This document shows, piece after piece, positions 1-13,948 of a stretch of 64,000 nt of DNA. Within the stretch, counting starts at the first letter, position 1; each line of letters opens with the position of its first letter. The stretch lies in the NCBI RefSeq assembly GCF_009914755.1, contig NC_060948.1; one strand, given 5' to 3'. The position numbers and the translations under genes were made by a program. The notes beneath the pieces are model-generated. The model worked only from the letters and a program-made list of their open reading frames with translations, ran no database searches and was not told the DNA's origin. The DNA comes from the human T2T-CHM13v2.0 reference genome, Homo sapiens.

Positions 1-2320
1 AAATCAATAAATATGATTTGCCATATGAAAATAATTAATAACAATATTTAAATGAACATCTCGATAGATGTGGAAAAAGCTTTAGATAAAATCCTAAATC
101 CCTTCATGGTAAAATCCCTCAAAAAACTAGTCATTGAAGGAACATACTTCAAAATAATAAGAGCCATCTATGACAAACCCACAGTCAACATTATATGGAA
201 TTGGCAAAACCTGAAAACATTTCTCTTGAGACCCACAACAAGGGAAGAATGCCCACTCCCATCACTCCTATTCAACATAGTACTGAAAATTGAAGCCAGG
301 GCAATCAGGCAAGAAAAATAAATTAAAAGTGTCCAAATAGGAAAAAAAATTCAAACTATGTCTCCTTGTCATTTATATGATTCTATATACCTAGAAAACA
401 CTAAAGACTCTGCCAAAAGCCTCATAGAACTTGAAGAAAAACTTCAGTAAAGTTTCCGGATAAAAAATCAATGTACAAAAATTAGTATCATTTCTATACA
501 CCAATAATATTCTATCTCAGAGCCAAATCAAGAACACAATCCCATTTACAATAGCCACACAGACAAAAAATAAAATACCTAGGAATGCATCTAGCAAAGG
601 AGGTGAAAGATCTCTACAAGAAGAACTACAAAACACTGCTGAAAGAAATCATAGATGACACAAATAAATGGAAACAAATCCTGTGCTCATGGATCGAAAG
701 AATCATATTGTTAAAATGGCCATACTACCCAAAGCAATCTGCAGATTCAACACTATTCCTATCAAACTACCAAAATCATTTTTCACAGAATTAAGAAAAC
801 ACTATTCTAAAATTCATATGAAATGAAAAAGAAGCTTGAATAGTGAAAGCAATCCTAATCCAATAGAAGAAAAGCTGGAAGCATCACATTGCCTGTCCTC
901 AAACCATACTACAAAACTACAGTAACTGAAACAGCATTGTACTGGTACAAAAACACACATAGTCCAATGGAACAGAATAGAGAGCACAAACATAAAGCCA
1001 CACACCTACAACCATCTGATCTTTGAAAATTTGACAAAAATAAGCAAAGGGGAAAAGATTCCTTCTTCAAAAAATGGTGCTGAGATAATTGGCTATACAT
1101 AAGAATAAGAATAAAATTGGACCCCTACCTGTCACCATATGCAAAAATTAAGTCAAGATGGATTAAAACTTAAGTCTAAGACCTCAAAGTATCAAAGTAC
1201 TAGAAGAAAACCTAGGCAATAGCTGTCTTAATATTGGCCTTGGCAAGGAATTTATATCTATTTCCTCAAAAGCAACTGCAACAGAAACAAAAATTGACAA
1301 GTGAGACCTAATTAAACTAAAGAGCTTCTGCACAAGAAGAGAAACTAAGGCAGTAAACAGTCAAACTACATAAGGGGAGAAAACATTCCCAAACTATGCA
1401 TCTGACAAAGGTGTAACCTCCATAATCCGTAAGGAACTTAATCAAATAAAAAAGCAAAAAGCAAAGAACTCTATTAAAAAGTAGGCAAAGGACATGAATG
1501 GATACTTCTGAAAAGACACACAAGCAGGCAACAAACATGAAAAAAGTGCAGCATCTCCAATCATCAGATAAATGCAAATCAAAGCCACAATGAAATACCT
1601 TCTAACACCAGTCAGAATGAATTTTGTTAAAAAGCCAAAAAATTACAGATGTTGGCAAGGCTGCAGATAAAATAAGACACTTATACACTGTTGTTGAGAA
1701 TGTAAATTAGTCCAGCCAATTGGGAGAGCAGTTTGGAGATTTTTCAAAGAAGTAAGAGTTGAACTACCATTCAATCCAACAATCCCATTAGTGGGCATAT
1801 ACCCAAAAGAAAAATAAATATTTCTATCAAAAGGACATGCATCCCTGTGTATTCATCACAGTGCTATTCACAATAGCAAAAACATGGAATCAACTCAAAT
1901 GCCCATCAATGGTAGGTTGGATAAAGATAATGTGATACATATACACCAGGGAATACTATGCAATAATGTAAAAGAATGAAATCATGTGCTCTGCAGCAAC
2001 ACAGGTGCAGCTGGAGGCCATTATCCTAAGCAAGCTAATGCAGAAACAACAAATCAAATACTGCATCCTCTTACCTTATTTAGAGGCTAAATTCTGGGGA
2101 CACATGGACATAAAGATGGGAATAGTAGGCATTGAGGGCCACTACAGAGGAGAGGAAGGGAGTGGGGCAAGGCTGGAAAGACTACCTATTGAGTACTATG
2201 CTCACTACCTCAGTGATGGATTCAGTCCCCAAACATCAGCATCACACAACATACCTTTGGAACAAGTCTGCACATGTACCCATGATTCTAAAATACGAAT
2301 TGAAAAAGAAAAAATAAAAA
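1..2320 (+). mobile_element. LINE-1 3' portion (decayed ORF2 RT/C-terminus plus 3'UTR), L1PA15/16-L1PB-like; continues off the window
   Basis: ORF2-like peptides ([48 protein letters not shown]). 3'UTR motif CTACCTATTGAGTACTATGCTCACTACCT and an A-rich tail at ~2300-2320. Confidence 0.95.
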
Positions 2321-4430
2321 ACTGCCAAATATCTTCTAAAATGTTTATACCATTTTGCATTATGGTCAACAATGAATGAGAGCTCCTGTTCCTGTACATT
2401 TTCTCTGGTGTTTGGTTTTGTCAATGTTTTGAATTTTTACCCTCCTAATAGGTGGGTAATTGTATTTCATTGTTGTTTTAATTTGCAACTCCTTAAAGAG
2501 AAAGAAGAACATCTTTTTATAAGCTTATTTGCCATTTGTATACCTTCTTTGATGGGGTATCTGTTTAGATCACTAGCCCATTTTTGAGTTCTTTGTTTTT
2601 TACATTGTTAAACTTTGTGTTCTTGTCATATTTTGGATTACAGTCCTTTTATTCTATATGTCTTTTGAAAAATTCTTCTTCTATTCTGTAGCTTGTCTTC
2701 TCACTGTCTTGACAGTGTCTTTTGAAGAGCAAAGTTTTTAAGTTTTAATGAAGACCAGCTTATTATTTTCTTTAAATAGATCATGCCTTTGTTCTTGTAT
2801 CTAAAATGTCACTGCCAAATCCAAGGTCAACGGAAATTTTTTCTATGATATCTTATAGGAGTTCTATAGTTTTGCATTTTTAACCTGGATTTTTAAAATT
2901 AATTTTTGAAAAGTACATCTGTGTCTGGTTTGTTTTTGTTTATGTATTTTGTGAATGAAGTTATCCAGTTGTTCCTGCACTATTTGCTGGAAAAAATCCT
3001 TAATTCATATATTGCCTTTTCTCCTTACTCAAAAATCAGTTGACTATATTTGTGAAGGTCTACTTCTGGACTCTATTCTACTCCAATATATATTTGTATA
3101 ATATTTTGCCAATACCACACTTTCTTGATTGCTTTAGCTTTATACTAAGTCTTAAAGTCAGGTAGTGTCAGCTTTCCAAGTTTGTCTTGTCTTTCAATAT
3201 TGTGTTGGCCAGGTTGTGTGTTTTGCCTTCATATATAAACTTTATGATCTATTTCTCAACATTCATAAAATTATTTGCTAAGATTTTGATTGAGTGTGTT
3301 GCCTCTATGGATAATATTCTATTTATATAAAACATATTTCCATTTATTTGTATCTTCTCTGATTTCTTTCATCTGAGTATTATGATTTTCCTATGTATAT
3401 TTTGTACATATTCTACTAGATTTTTAACTAAGTATTTCATTTTTAGGTGTTAATGTAAATACAATTTTGATTTTAATTTCAAATTTTATTTATTCTCTGT
3501 TGACTTGGGTATGTTAGTCTTGCATCTTGCAACCTTATTTTAATTGCTTATTAGTTCAAGTATTTTGTTGTTGATTGCTTGGAATTTTATGCATAGACAA
3601 TCATGTTATCTGAGAACAAAGACAGTATATTTTGTGTGATTAATATTTTTAAAAATTGTTAAGATGTGTTTTATGTCCCAAAATACGTTCTATCCTGTTG
3701 AATGTTTAATATGGGCTTGGAAAAAATGTGTATTCTTCTGTTGTTGAATAAAATACTCTATGCATATAAATTACATCCAGTTGGTTGATGAAGTTGGTGA
3801 GTTCAATTATGTCCTTAGTGATTTTCTGTTACTGGATCTTTTAATTACTGATAGAGGAGTATTGAAGTCTCCAACTACAATGGAGTATTAATCCATTTAT
3901 TCTTGCATTTCTTACCGTTTTTGTCTTACCTATTTCGACACTCTGTTATTAGGCCCATACACACTGAGAATTGTTATATCTTCTTAAAAATGGACTCCTT
4001 CCTAATTATGTAATATACTTCTTTGTCTCTAGTCATTTTATTTTTTGCTCCAAAGCGGGCTGTATCTAAAATTAATATAACTACTCAATATTTCTTGTTA
4101 TTAGTGTTAACATGATAGAATATTTCCCAATTCTTAACTTTAATCTATTTTTTATATTAAAATGGGTGTATTGAAGAGAACATATGTTTATGATTATTTT
4201 AAATCCACTATGTTAGCATCTTTCTTTTAATTGGAGTATTCAGACCACTGACATTTAAAGTGAATATTGACATAGTTGGATTAATATCTACCATATTTGT
4301 TACTTTTTTCTACTTATTGGTTTTGCCCTCTGTTTCTGTTAGTTCCACTCTTTTTCTGCCTTTTGTAGTTTTAACTGAACATTTTATATTTCATTTTATG
4401 TCCTTATTAGAATATCAGTTATATTTCTTA
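2321..4430 (-). mobile_element. Old L1M-type LINE-1 fragments (ORF2 3' part, then EN-region part after an internal break near 3630)
   Basis: Degenerate antisense L1 motifs such as TTTGCCAATACCACAC, AAAGTCAGGTAGTGT and TATTGAAGTCTCCAACTA. Confidence 0.75.
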
Positions 4431-6244
4431 TACATAACTTAACCAAAATCATCATAACAACGTGATTATGTTTCATGGATAAGTAAAATGAATGGCAAAA
4501 CACTTGTAAGAGTTGTGAGACAAGTTAATAATATTCCAAGTTAACTTGCACTACACATGTAATAGTATAGTGCTAATAAAAGTAGAGCTAAATTCATTGT
4601 ACAAGTGTATTTCAAATTTTTAGGAAACAATTAAAATTTTTTAAGAAATATAAGTTTTACTACCCTGATGGTTTATTTGATAAACATTAGGTTAATAATT
4701 TGAATGTAATAAAATTCTCAATCTTTCATTTATAATTACCCTTTTTTGTATATATTTTCTCCTGTAATGTATAAATTTGCATGAATTCATTTTTATTGTT
4801 AATTAAATGTTTTAAAATATCTTTTGAGGTATGATGGACAAATGAAAACCTGTACATATTTAACATAAACTAATTCATGAGTTTGCAGATAAGTGTACAT
4901 CCTTGAAATCATGAAAAATATTGTGTTCCCAGAATAAGCATAATTTGTTTTGATTTATAATTCCCTTTATTCCTTAATATATTCATATAGCTAATAATAT
5001 ATTTAGAATCTTGATATCAATGTTCAATAATAGCCATTGGCCTGAATTGTTTTTCTTATTAGGTCTTTGTCATGATTTGATATCAAAGTCATCCTATGTT
5101 CACAAAACTATTTAGAAAGGCTTTTTTTCACCTTTAATATTCTTGATTTGTTTATGTAATATTGAGTTTCCTTTCTTAAATATTTGGTAGAAGTTACCAA
5201 AGAAGGTACCCCTATCTATATCTGGACCAGCTCATTTGTTTGCTAGTTTTTTGTTGTTGTTGTTGTTTTTTAAATTGTAGGAAATTTATATTTGGGCAAA
5301 TTTTATGCCTAATTTCAGCATAATGAAAAATGTCTTCTGATCATTTGAATTTACCAACGCAAATGTATACCCAGAAAATTCAGTCCAATTAACGTCATAA
5401 GGACAACACTGAATTCATTCCAGTTAGCCAACCCAAAAGGGTTGTATAGACAACCCACAACCAAAGAGTTGTATAGGCAACCCAGAATAGCCAGGGTAGC
5501 CCATTTTTATTAAAGGGAGTAAAACTATATAACTATAATAGATTTAGTTTGTGAAGATTAATAATACTATTAATAAATAGTTGATCATAATGAAGAAGAG
5601 GATGATTCTCAACAATAAATTAGTTAATTTTGCTTTTTGTTGATAAAAGAGATAAAATATCTGGCAAGAACAATGGTTTAAATTGCTGATACTAGCTTGT
5701 AGTCTACCTACAGATCTTCATTATCTTTATTTCTGTCCTCTAGGATAGTATAAATTATCTCTAGAAAATATAGTTTATTTAAAAATTAATATCCATCAGA
5801 ATTCTATTTTTCCAAGGCTATTTTTTTCTATAGTGTTTCAAACCACAGAAAACCTATATATCTGTATATGGAACATATTGAGAGTAATGTAAAGCATAAT
5901 GGTGCAACCACCTACAGATAGTGAAGAGAATTAACATAATAATTTTAAAAATACCAACTGAAAATCTTCTTTGCATAAGCCAAAAATAGTTAACTACATG
6001 CTGCTAGAGTATAAGTGTTTTAAAAGGAAGTGATAAAGATATTCTTTATTTAGCTCTATTTTATACAACATGTAATCTTGTTGTAAAGAAACATTTACTG
6101 TCTAGTTTACACTTTGTGGTTCATAATACCAACACTTACATAAACTAATTAACTAATGAAAATATGTCTTATCTTGTAAGTACTTTGGATAAGAATAGGT
6201 TCTCAACATTGTTTTTTGGTATTCTTACTTTTTTCTTCTGCTCA

Positions 6245-9200
6245 TTATTTTTTTTTATTTAATTAATTAAAAAAATTTAAGTTCAGGAGATACGTGTGCA
6301 GGTCTGCTACATGGGTTTATTGTGTAATGATGAGGTTTCCTCCTGGTGAACCCGTCACCCAAATAGTGAACATAGCACATGATAGGGAGGTTTTTGAATC
6401 CTTTCCCCTCCCTCTCTCTCGCCTTTTGTAGTCACCAGTGTCTATTATTTCCATCTTTGTGTCTACGCATGCCCATCCCATTTTTTATCTTCCACTTATC
6501 AGTGAGAACATATAATATTTGATTTTCTGCTTCTCAGTTATTTTACTTAGGAATAGTCTCCAGCTTCATCCATGTTGCAGCAAAGGTCATGATTTCATTC
6601 TTTTTTATGGCTGCATGGTATTCTGTGGTGCATACAAGCCACATTTTTTATTCTAGTCAACCACTGATGGATATTTAGGTTAGTTCCATGACTTTGCTAT
6701 TGTGAATAGTGCTGCAATAAACACACAAGTGCAGGTATCTGTTTGATGAAACAATTTCTTTTTCTTTGGGTAAATACCCAGTAATAGGATTGCTGGGTCA
6801 AATGGTAGTGGCTGTTCTATGTTTAGTCCTTTGAAAAGTCTACATACTGTTTTCCGTATGACTAAACTAATTTACATTCCCACCAACAGTGTATGAGCAT
6901 TCTATTTTCTCTGCATCCTTGCCAACATTTGTTAGTTTTTGACTTTTTATAATAGTCATTCTGACTGGTGTGAGATGATATCTCATTGTGGTTTTAATTT
7001 GCATTTCTTTGATAATTAGTGATGTTGATCACTTATACACATGTTTATTGACCACGTGTATGTCTTCTTTTGAGAAATCTCTGTTTAGGTTCTTTGCCCA
7101 CTTTTTGATGGATTTATTTGTGTTTTTTTGTTGTTGATTTGCTTAAGTTCTTTATATAATCTGAATATTAGTCCCTTGTCAGATGCATAGTTAGAAAACA
7201 CTTTCTGCCGTTTTGTAGGTTGACTGTTTACTTTTCTGATCATTTCTTTTGCTGTGCAGAAGCTCTTTAGTTTAAGTCCCACTGGACATATTTTTTGTTT
7301 TTATTGCATTTGCTTTTGAAGTCTTAATCATAAATTCTTAGCCTAAGCCAGTGTCCAGAATAATTTTTCTTAGATTTTCTTTTAGTATTTTTATACTTTC
7401 AGGTATTACATTTAAGTCTTTAATCCATTTTGAGTTAATTTTTGTACGTAATGAGAGCTAGTGGTCCAGTTTCATTCTTCTGCATATGCCTACCCAGTTT
7501 TCCTAGCACCATTTATTGAATAGAATATCCTTTCCCCATTGTTTATTTTTGACAACTTTGTCAAAGATCAGTTTCTTTTATGTATGTGGCTTTATTTGTG
7601 GGTTCCTTACTCTATCCCATTGATCTATGTGTGTATTTTTATACCAGTACCATGCTTCCTTGGTTACTATAGCACTGTAATATAGTTTGAAGTCAGGTAA
7701 CAAGATGCTTCCAGTTTTTTTGTTGTTGTTGTTTTGCTTGTTTACTTAGGATTGCTTTGGCTCTTCAGGATATTTTTGGTTTTCTATGAATTTTAGAATA
7801 GTTGTTTTCTAATTCTGTAAAAAATAACATTGGTAAATTGATAGAAATTGTGTTGCATCTGTAGATTGATTTAGGCAGTATAGTCATGTAAATGATACTG
7901 ATTTTTCTTATCCATGAGACTGGGATGTTTTGACATTTGTCCGTGTTATCTATAATTTCTTTCATCAGTGTTTTGTAGTTCTCCTGTAGCAGTCTTTCGT
8001 TGCCTTGGTTAAATGCATTGCCAGGTATTTTTTGTTTATACAGCTATTGTAATTGGGATTTAGTTCCTGATTTGGTTTCAGTTTGAGTGTTGGTGCATAG
8101 AAATACAACTAATTTTTGTATGTTAATTTTGCATCCTGGACCTTTACTAAACTTCTTTATCAAGTCTTGGAGTATTTTGGAGGACTGTTTAGGATTTTCT
8201 ATGTATAAGATTATGTCATCAGCAGTCAGAGATAATTTGGCTTCTTTTTTTTTCCAATTTAGAAGCCTTTTTTTTCTTTCTTTCTTTTGCCTGATTTCTC
8301 TGACTAGGGCTTCCAGTATTATGTTAAATAGCAGTGGTGAAAGTGGACATCCTTGTCTTGCTTCAGTTCCTAGGGGAAATATTTTCAACTTTTCCACATG
8401 TGGTATAACACTGGCTGTGGGTTTATCATATATGGCTCTTATTATTTTGAAGTATGTTCCTTAAATGCTTAGTTTGTTGAGGGCTTTAGTTATAAAGGGA
8501 TGTTGGGTATTATCAAATGCTTTGTCTGCCTCTATTGAGATGACCATATGGTTTTTTTTTTTAATTCTGTTTATGTGGTTAATCAGATTTATTGATTTAT
8601 GTATTTTGAACTATCCTTTCATCTCTGCAATGAAACACACTTGATCATGATTAATTATGTTTTGTGTTATTGCTGGATTCATTTGGCTAGTATTTTGTGG
8701 AGGATTTTTGTCTACATGTTCATCAGAGATATTGGCCTGTAATTTGTTGTCATTGTCGTTTGTGTCTTTATTGAATCTTGCTATCAGGATGATACTGGTT
8801 TTGTAAAATTAGGAAGAAATTCTTCTTTCTTGACTTTTTGGAACAGTTTCAGTAAGATTGGTACCAGCTCTTCTTTATCTGACAGAATTTGACTGTGAAT
8901 CTGCTTGGTTCTATTTTCTCTTTTGGTAGAAATTTTATTACTAATTCATTTTCATACCTCATTATTTTCCTGTACAGGATTTCAACTTCTTCCTAGTTCA
9001 ATATTGAGAGATTGTATATTTCCAGGATTTTTTCCATTTCCCCTAGGTTTTCTAGTTTGTGTGCATACTTATGTTCATAGCAGTCTCTAAGAAGCTTTTG
9101 TATTTCTGTAATATTATTCATAATGTGAAAGTTGTTAAGATCTTTATTTTTTTTTATGTAGGCATTTAGTGCTATAAACTTTCCCCTTAACACTTTCTGT

Positions 9201-10465
9201 ATCACAGAAGTTTCAGTATGTTATTTCTCTGTTTCCATTTACTTCATTTTTTAAATTTCTGCCTTTTATTGCTTACACAAAAATTATTCAGAATGAAGTT
9301 AGTTTCTATGTTCTTGTGTGGTTTTGAGAGTTTCTCTCAGTATTGATTTCTAATTTTATTTCACTGTGATCTGAAAAGGTGCTTGATATGATTGAGATTT
9401 TTAAAAAAAGATTGTGACTTTATTTATGACCAAGCATATGATCTATTTTAGAAAATGTTCCATGCACAGATGAGAAAAAATTATATATCTTTTTAGCGTA
9501 ATTTTGTGTAGATGTGTATTGGGTCTATTGTTCAGGAGTCCAATTTAATTCCAGAGTTTGTTAGTTTTCTGCCTCAGTGATCTGTCTAGTGCTTCTAGTA
9601 GGGTTTTAAAGCTCCCTACTAGTATTATATGAATGTCTGTCTCTTTATTGGGTCTAGTAATATTTGTTTTATTACTCTGTGTTCTCTGGTGTTGGGTGTA
9701 TATATGTTTAGAATAATTAAATTTTCTTGTTTAATTGAGCCATTTAGCATTATATGATGCCTTTCTTTGTCTTTTTTTTATTTTACTGTTGTTTTAAAGT
9801 CTATTTTATCTGATACAAGAATATCAACCCCTGCTTCTTTTTTGTTTTTCATTTGTGTGATATATCTTTTTCTACTCCATTATTCTGAGTTTGTGGGGGT
9901 CATTACATGTTTGGTGGGTTTTTGAAGGCAACAGATGTTTGGGTCATCTTTAAATCCAATTTGCCAGTCTACATCTTTTAAGTGGAGTATTTAGGCCATT
10001 TATGTTAAAAGTTAATATTGATATGTGAGGTTTTGTTCCTGTCATAGTGTTTTTGACTAGGTACAGTGTAGTCTCAATTGTGTAACTGCTTTAGAGGACC
10101 TGTGGATTTTGTCTGTAAGTGTGCTTTTATGGTAGCAAGTATTGTCTTTTTTTTTTCCACGTTTAAAACTCCTTTGAGCATTTCTTACATGATTGGTCTG
10201 GTTGTGATGAATTCCCTTAGCATTTGCTTATCTGGGAAATTTTTAACTTCTTCTTTAAGAGGCTTAGTTTGGCAGGATATGCAATTCTTGGTTGACATTT
10301 ATTTTTCTTAAGAAGTCTAAAAATAGGCCCCCAATCTCATCTGGCTTGTAAAGTTTCTCCTGGGAAGTCTGCTCTTAACTCTGTTTTGATTTCCTTTATA
10401 GGTAATTTGACCCTTTTCTCTAGCTGTTTTTAAGATTCTTTTCTTTAGCATTGACCTTAGATAGT
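6245..10465 (-). mobile_element. LINE-1 (L1PA15/16-L1PB-like), 5'-truncated inside ORF1; 3' partner of a U6-L1 chimera
   Basis: Poly-T/3'UTR at ~6245-6300; ORF2 remnants ([45 protein letters not shown]); ORF1 C-terminal sequence up to 10465. Confidence 0.95.
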
Positions 10466-10571
10466 ACAAATACAGAATGCTTCATATATTTGCATGTTAT
10501 CTTTGCCAGGGGGCATTCTAAACTTCTCTGTATTGTTCTAATTTTAGTATATGTGCTTCTGAAATGAGCAC
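10466..10571 (-). pseudogene. RNU6: Full-length U6 snRNA retropseudogene fused to L1
   Basis: Reverse complement reads GTGCTCATTTCAGAAGCACATATACTAAAATTAGAACAATACAGAGAAGTTTAGAATGCCCCCTGGCAAAGATAACATGCAAATATATGAAGCATTCTGTATTTGT. It is colinear with U6 from GTGCTC to the terminal U-tract and keeps the ACAGAGA box. About 20 differences in 107 nt by hand, many at CpG. Confidence 0.97.
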
Positions 10572-12269
10572 CTTTTATTTATTCTTAACAGAAACTTAAA
10601 TATGTCATAACACAGATATATTTGCTGTACCCTAAGAATTAACTTTTCATTGTATTGATAAATACGTGTAACTTTGGTTCATACAGACATGTTTGTTCAG
10701 TTTGGTCAACTTATTGGCCAATGGAAAGCATGATGTTTAGATATTGTTACAGTTGTAATGTCAATTTAAACATGATAAAAATTCATAATTAATAATTTCT
10801 CTATTTCACAGAAAAGAAAATAAGAAATTAAATATTTACAAACACCAAGTATTTCTAGACACTATCCTTTACATATATTGTCCAATATAAGCTTCAAAGC
10901 AAACTTACCATGGTTTTTTATTTTTTATTTTCCTGCTTTCTCATAGGAGGAAATTAGAGGACAGAGTAATTAAATAACATTTCCATTATGATACAAACTG
11001 ACTCCACCATCCATGTTCTTCACAATTTATCTCACTGACTCCTATTCACTGTAGGCAGGACCACTGTGAATTTTGAAAGCTTCTTTCTCAAAACAAATTA
11101 CACTTTTATGTGTCATTTTCAAATGTTTTTTCTTTATCATTTTAGAGAAAAGAAACTGCATAATTAATATTATGCTGCTGTGTTTCTGTGTAGTTTCCAG
11201 AAATTATCTACTACTACCATCTCTTTACTTGCAAATCAGTCCTCTTTCTCTGTAATTTCTCCCTTTATTTTAAGACATTGAAATGTTTAAGACATAGAAG
11301 AATTAAAAATGTAGAAACATTTAAGAAATGGAAAGGCAAGGAAGCCTCAAATTTTGTTATGTTTATCTTTATTATGAGCAATTTCCACATATAAGGTTTC
11401 TAATAAACATTATTTTTACTTTTCTCAATGACTTAAAATTTATCTACATTAAATCTATCATATTTTACATTTGTCCTTCAGTGCAGGAAATATTAATATA
11501 ATTTTAATAGGGTTGATAAAATAATATTAACACCATAAAACAATCCAACCAAAAAACATAGAAGCCACATTATTTTTATTTGATCATTATACCAGCTTAT
11601 TAAAAAAATCAGAGAAGAATAGGCATTATGTGATATTTCAAGGTGAACAGGCTTGATTAATATCAGAGAAGGAATGCCATTCCAAGTATCTTAATCTTAT
11701 ATTTTGTGCTCTTATTAAAATGCCATTTTCTAAAAAAGTTTCCTATTTTGTATATTCTTGGGGAATGAAAAACAGAGAAAAAGAACAACGCTTTAAAGGA
11801 AAATAAAGTACAAATTATAATAAAGTTTGAAGATAAAATAAACATTCTATAATTAACCTAATAATTATGGTGAACCAGAGTAAAATCCACATATACCACC
11901 CAGACTAAGGAAGTTTTGATCTAATTTAGGCATCTTTTTAAATTCATTCCTTACATAGTGAGAACCCATTTAGACCATTGGCTGGAACTGATGAAACCAC
12001 ATTTATTACCACTACGGATTTCTCATGCCTGCTTATCTTGGCCCATGTTCTCCATTCTGTACCGGGTGGAAAAAAAAAAATTCTTTATTAGTTTATTCAC
12101 TGCTGATAATGGTTGAACTCTTGCCCTGGCCCTGAAAAGAAGTGCAATGTGTTCCAACTATCTTATTATTTAGCATCCACAGCAGCCATTGTGTAGCCTG
12201 GATCCAAAACTACACTTCATATGACGCATGCAATAGAAGTAGCTAGAAAACTTTTATTCCAGTGATAAT

Positions 12270-12505
12270 TATAGCTAACATTTTATATTGAGTAATTATT
12301 GTATGCAAGGCATTATTTTAAGTGCCTCATAAAAACATAATTACATTTAATCCTTACAACAATTCCGGGAGGTAGGTATTATTATCCTCCATTTACTAAT
12401 GAAAAATCTGAGACCTAAAATGATTGAAAACCTAGTAAATGGTAGAACCATAGTTCAATCCTAGATTTTTTGACTCTAGAGATTTAGCTTTTAGCCATTA
12501 TGCTA
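12270..12505 (-). mobile_element. MIR SINE
   Basis: Antisense MIR core: CATTTAATCCTTACAAC...AGGTAGGTATTATTATCCTCCATTT...GAAAAATCTGAGAC. Confidence 0.85.
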
Positions 12506-13948
12506 CATCATCTCCTTTTTAAGTTAATTCAGTATAAAGTGGGACATACCATATTTATAACTTTCATGGGACTAGGTAAACAAAGTGTTCCAGGGTCTTG
12601 TTCTTCAAAAGGTTACACTGAATATAGTGAAAATTCTGATATTAGGTGAGAAAAAAACAAGGCATTAATCAAAACATTAGTCAAAACTATATGTATTTGA
12701 AAGATTTTTTACAGTGGTTGCTTGGAATACCAACAATAGGAGCAAAGTATAAAAATCCAAATAGCTCTTTCTGTGTATCAGTATAATTTCATTTGTATTC
12801 ATTTTTCAATCTTGCAAAGATTGTGGAAACAGGAAATGACAGTCATGTAAGTGGTGAACATATTCAAATACTGGAAACAACATTAAAAATTCAACTGAGT
12901 AAACTAAAAATTTCATGCTAACATTGTAATTTTTACGGAGGATATCCTCATAATATATATTTCTCTATTATTTAATTTTTAAAGACTTAATAAGTTAATT
13001 GAGATGTGTACTTTTCCACAAAAGTATTATAATTGTTTCTATGATTTAACTGTTATTTTATTAAGTATAATTGTTTTGGTTTTGTAAAATTATGTAATTT
13101 TGTGTATTATGAACTTTAAACAACAAATTTAATTTCATACAAAGCTTTCATAATATTCTATAGTTCAAGCTGCAATTCTATGTTACAACGTTACTCTAAA
13201 AAAAATTCAAGCATCCACTTAGAATTCTGATAGTTGATTTTGAATTCTGCAGGATTGTTTTAATGTAAGAGAGTTACCAGAGGTAAGAAAATAAAGTCAT
13301 TGTTATATGAGCCATGAAAAAAGACTAGATAATACCAAATATAAATTGTTAGGTAGAATAAAGTGCAGGAGCCTCCAGGGATAATTTGTTAATAATTAAA
13401 AATACATACCTTTAGGATAAGACTAAAAAATCTGAGCCTATCTAAAAAAGAAAACAATCAGAATATTACAGAATATTAAAAAATAATATTATGACATATT
13501 AAATGGATACTAAACATTAAAATTCCCAAAAGAAAATAATAATATCAGATTTTATAGTTCATAATGTAGTAAGTACCTAAAGCATGTTTACATTTATGCA
13601 AATTTGTGACATATGTGTATATAAGCTTGTATGTCTATATATGTATTTAACCATTACTTTATAATCATTCCTTATATTCCCCCAAATTGAAAAATAAATA
13701 AATAATAGAATAAACATATTACTTAGAAATATTAAAAAATACCACAAAAGTCTTAGAACAATTGAGTATGGTTGAATCTAGGGAGAAGAATTTCAAGGTC
13801 AGAAGGGATTGAGCCAAGCAACTGCTAATTCTCATTATAAGGTTTGTAGAATTTGCTTTATGTTCAAATTTTGTACATGTATAACTTTAAAAGAACAAAA
13901 AGATCAAATTTAAAATATAACTTTCTTTTTTCTCTAGATAACTAATTA

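Noticed and set aside
5429-5487. Short tandem duplications (also 18990-19013, 21567-21608, 24774-24820)
   Set aside because: Two-copy 12-28 bp slippage duplications are common, and there is no spacer-array or CRISPR-like structure.
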